64,000 nucleotides of DNA from Macrostomum hystrix (lineage: Eukaryota > Animalia > Platyhelminthes): positions 5,270,001 to 5,334,000 of the forward strand of contig CATNEN010000024.1 in NCBI GenBank assembly GCA_950097015.1. The letters are read 5' to 3'. The notes under the pieces are model-generated. The model was given only the letters and a program-made list of their open reading frames with translations. It was not told the origin of the DNA and searched no databases. Below, piece by piece: positions 63,201 through 64,000 of this stretch. How positions within the stretch are numbered: position 1 is the first letter of the stretch; the number at the start of each line of letters is the position of its first letter. A program made the position numbers and the translations under genes.

Positions 63201-63843
63201 TTCTTAGCGAAATATGCAACTTAAGTCTGTCAAAAAGAAAAAACTTGCTTAATTAATTAAAAAAGAACATAGTTAACATTTTTAATACATTCAAGCACCT
63301 CTTAAGCCATGTTATTTTTACTTACAAAAAATTACACAATCTTCAAGCAATATTCTTGCTTTATTTAAAAAAGCTAGTATTGAGTAATTAGCCATAACAA
63401 TGGATTAAAAACATGTTTGCATTTTTTTGATGAATTATAATATAATTAATGTATATTTCAAATGAAAATATTTGTCAAGAATATATATTAAAACCACCCA
63501 TGTACTAACTCATAATTATTTTAACTCTCCAGTTGGTCACAGAATTAATTTAATATTACTTACTTGATTTGCTAGAACCTAATCAATAAATTCAAGTAGC
63601 TCCATGTAGCAGTTCTATGCTGGCCTATGACAAGTCATTTTTTACATTTTTTTTGATAAAAATGTTAGTAAATTCGTTTTTAAATCAAGGAAAATGGCAA
63701 AAAATATGAATAGTTAATGAACAACTATAGTTGTATATAAAACCTAAGATAAATATATTATATCTTATTTGCAGTATAAATTTGGTTTTTCTAGCCTTAG
63801 TAAGTGTTGCTAACAGCAGTCGACGCATAACCCCAGTTCCAGG

Positions 63844-64000
63844 ATGGAAGCCGCCCCACCAGCGCCACCACCAGCTGCTGTAGCAGAACACGTTGCCGCT
63901 CTGCACCGCGGCGAGACTCTGGTCCGCCCAGCCGCCTACATTGGCTCATTCGCTGTTGAGGGCGCCGATCCGCGCCACCGTTCAGAGTTTGCCCACTGCG
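63844..64000 (+). CDS. 5' end of a probable PTB-domain protein (SH2D5-like N-terminus), truncated by the window edge
   Basis: MEAAPPAPPPAAVAEHVAALHRGETLVRPAAYIGSFAVEGADP; the YIGSF.V motif resembles the first PTB strand. GC-rich open frame following AT-rich DNA. Confidence 0.45.
   Translation, partial: MEAAPPAPPPAAVAEHVAALHRGETLVRPAAYIGSFAVEGADPRHRSEFAHC

Overview
Eukaryotic, intron-rich genomic DNA with GC-rich exons and very many private minisatellites. The style suggests an invertebrate such as the flatworm Macrostomum, but this is inference only. By hand I could assemble five spliced genes with consistent splice phases: an FLVCR-type MFS transporter (minus, runs off the window start), a kinase-like plus death-domain-like protein (minus), a clockwork-orange-like bHLH-Orange factor (plus), an MBOAT1/2-type lysophospholipid acyltransferase (minus, 11 exons) and a DUF4140/DUF4139 protein (minus, 10 exons). 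There is also one orphan exon and a probable PTB-domain gene start at the right edge. Mobile DNA includes a ~5.2 kb foldback-like structure whose inverted arms are built of 176-bp tandem units and enclose a lone LTR + tRNA-His PBS + gag. Also present are a decayed RTE-like LINE, hAT-type MITEs with 8-bp TSDs, a ~1.5 kb TIR element and two tRNA-derived SINE families, one of them CORE-like. Roughly a quarter to 30% of the window is tandem repeat (hand estimate). Most long ORFs in the supplied track are repeat artefacts. All coordinates were counted by hand; repeat edges are approximate.
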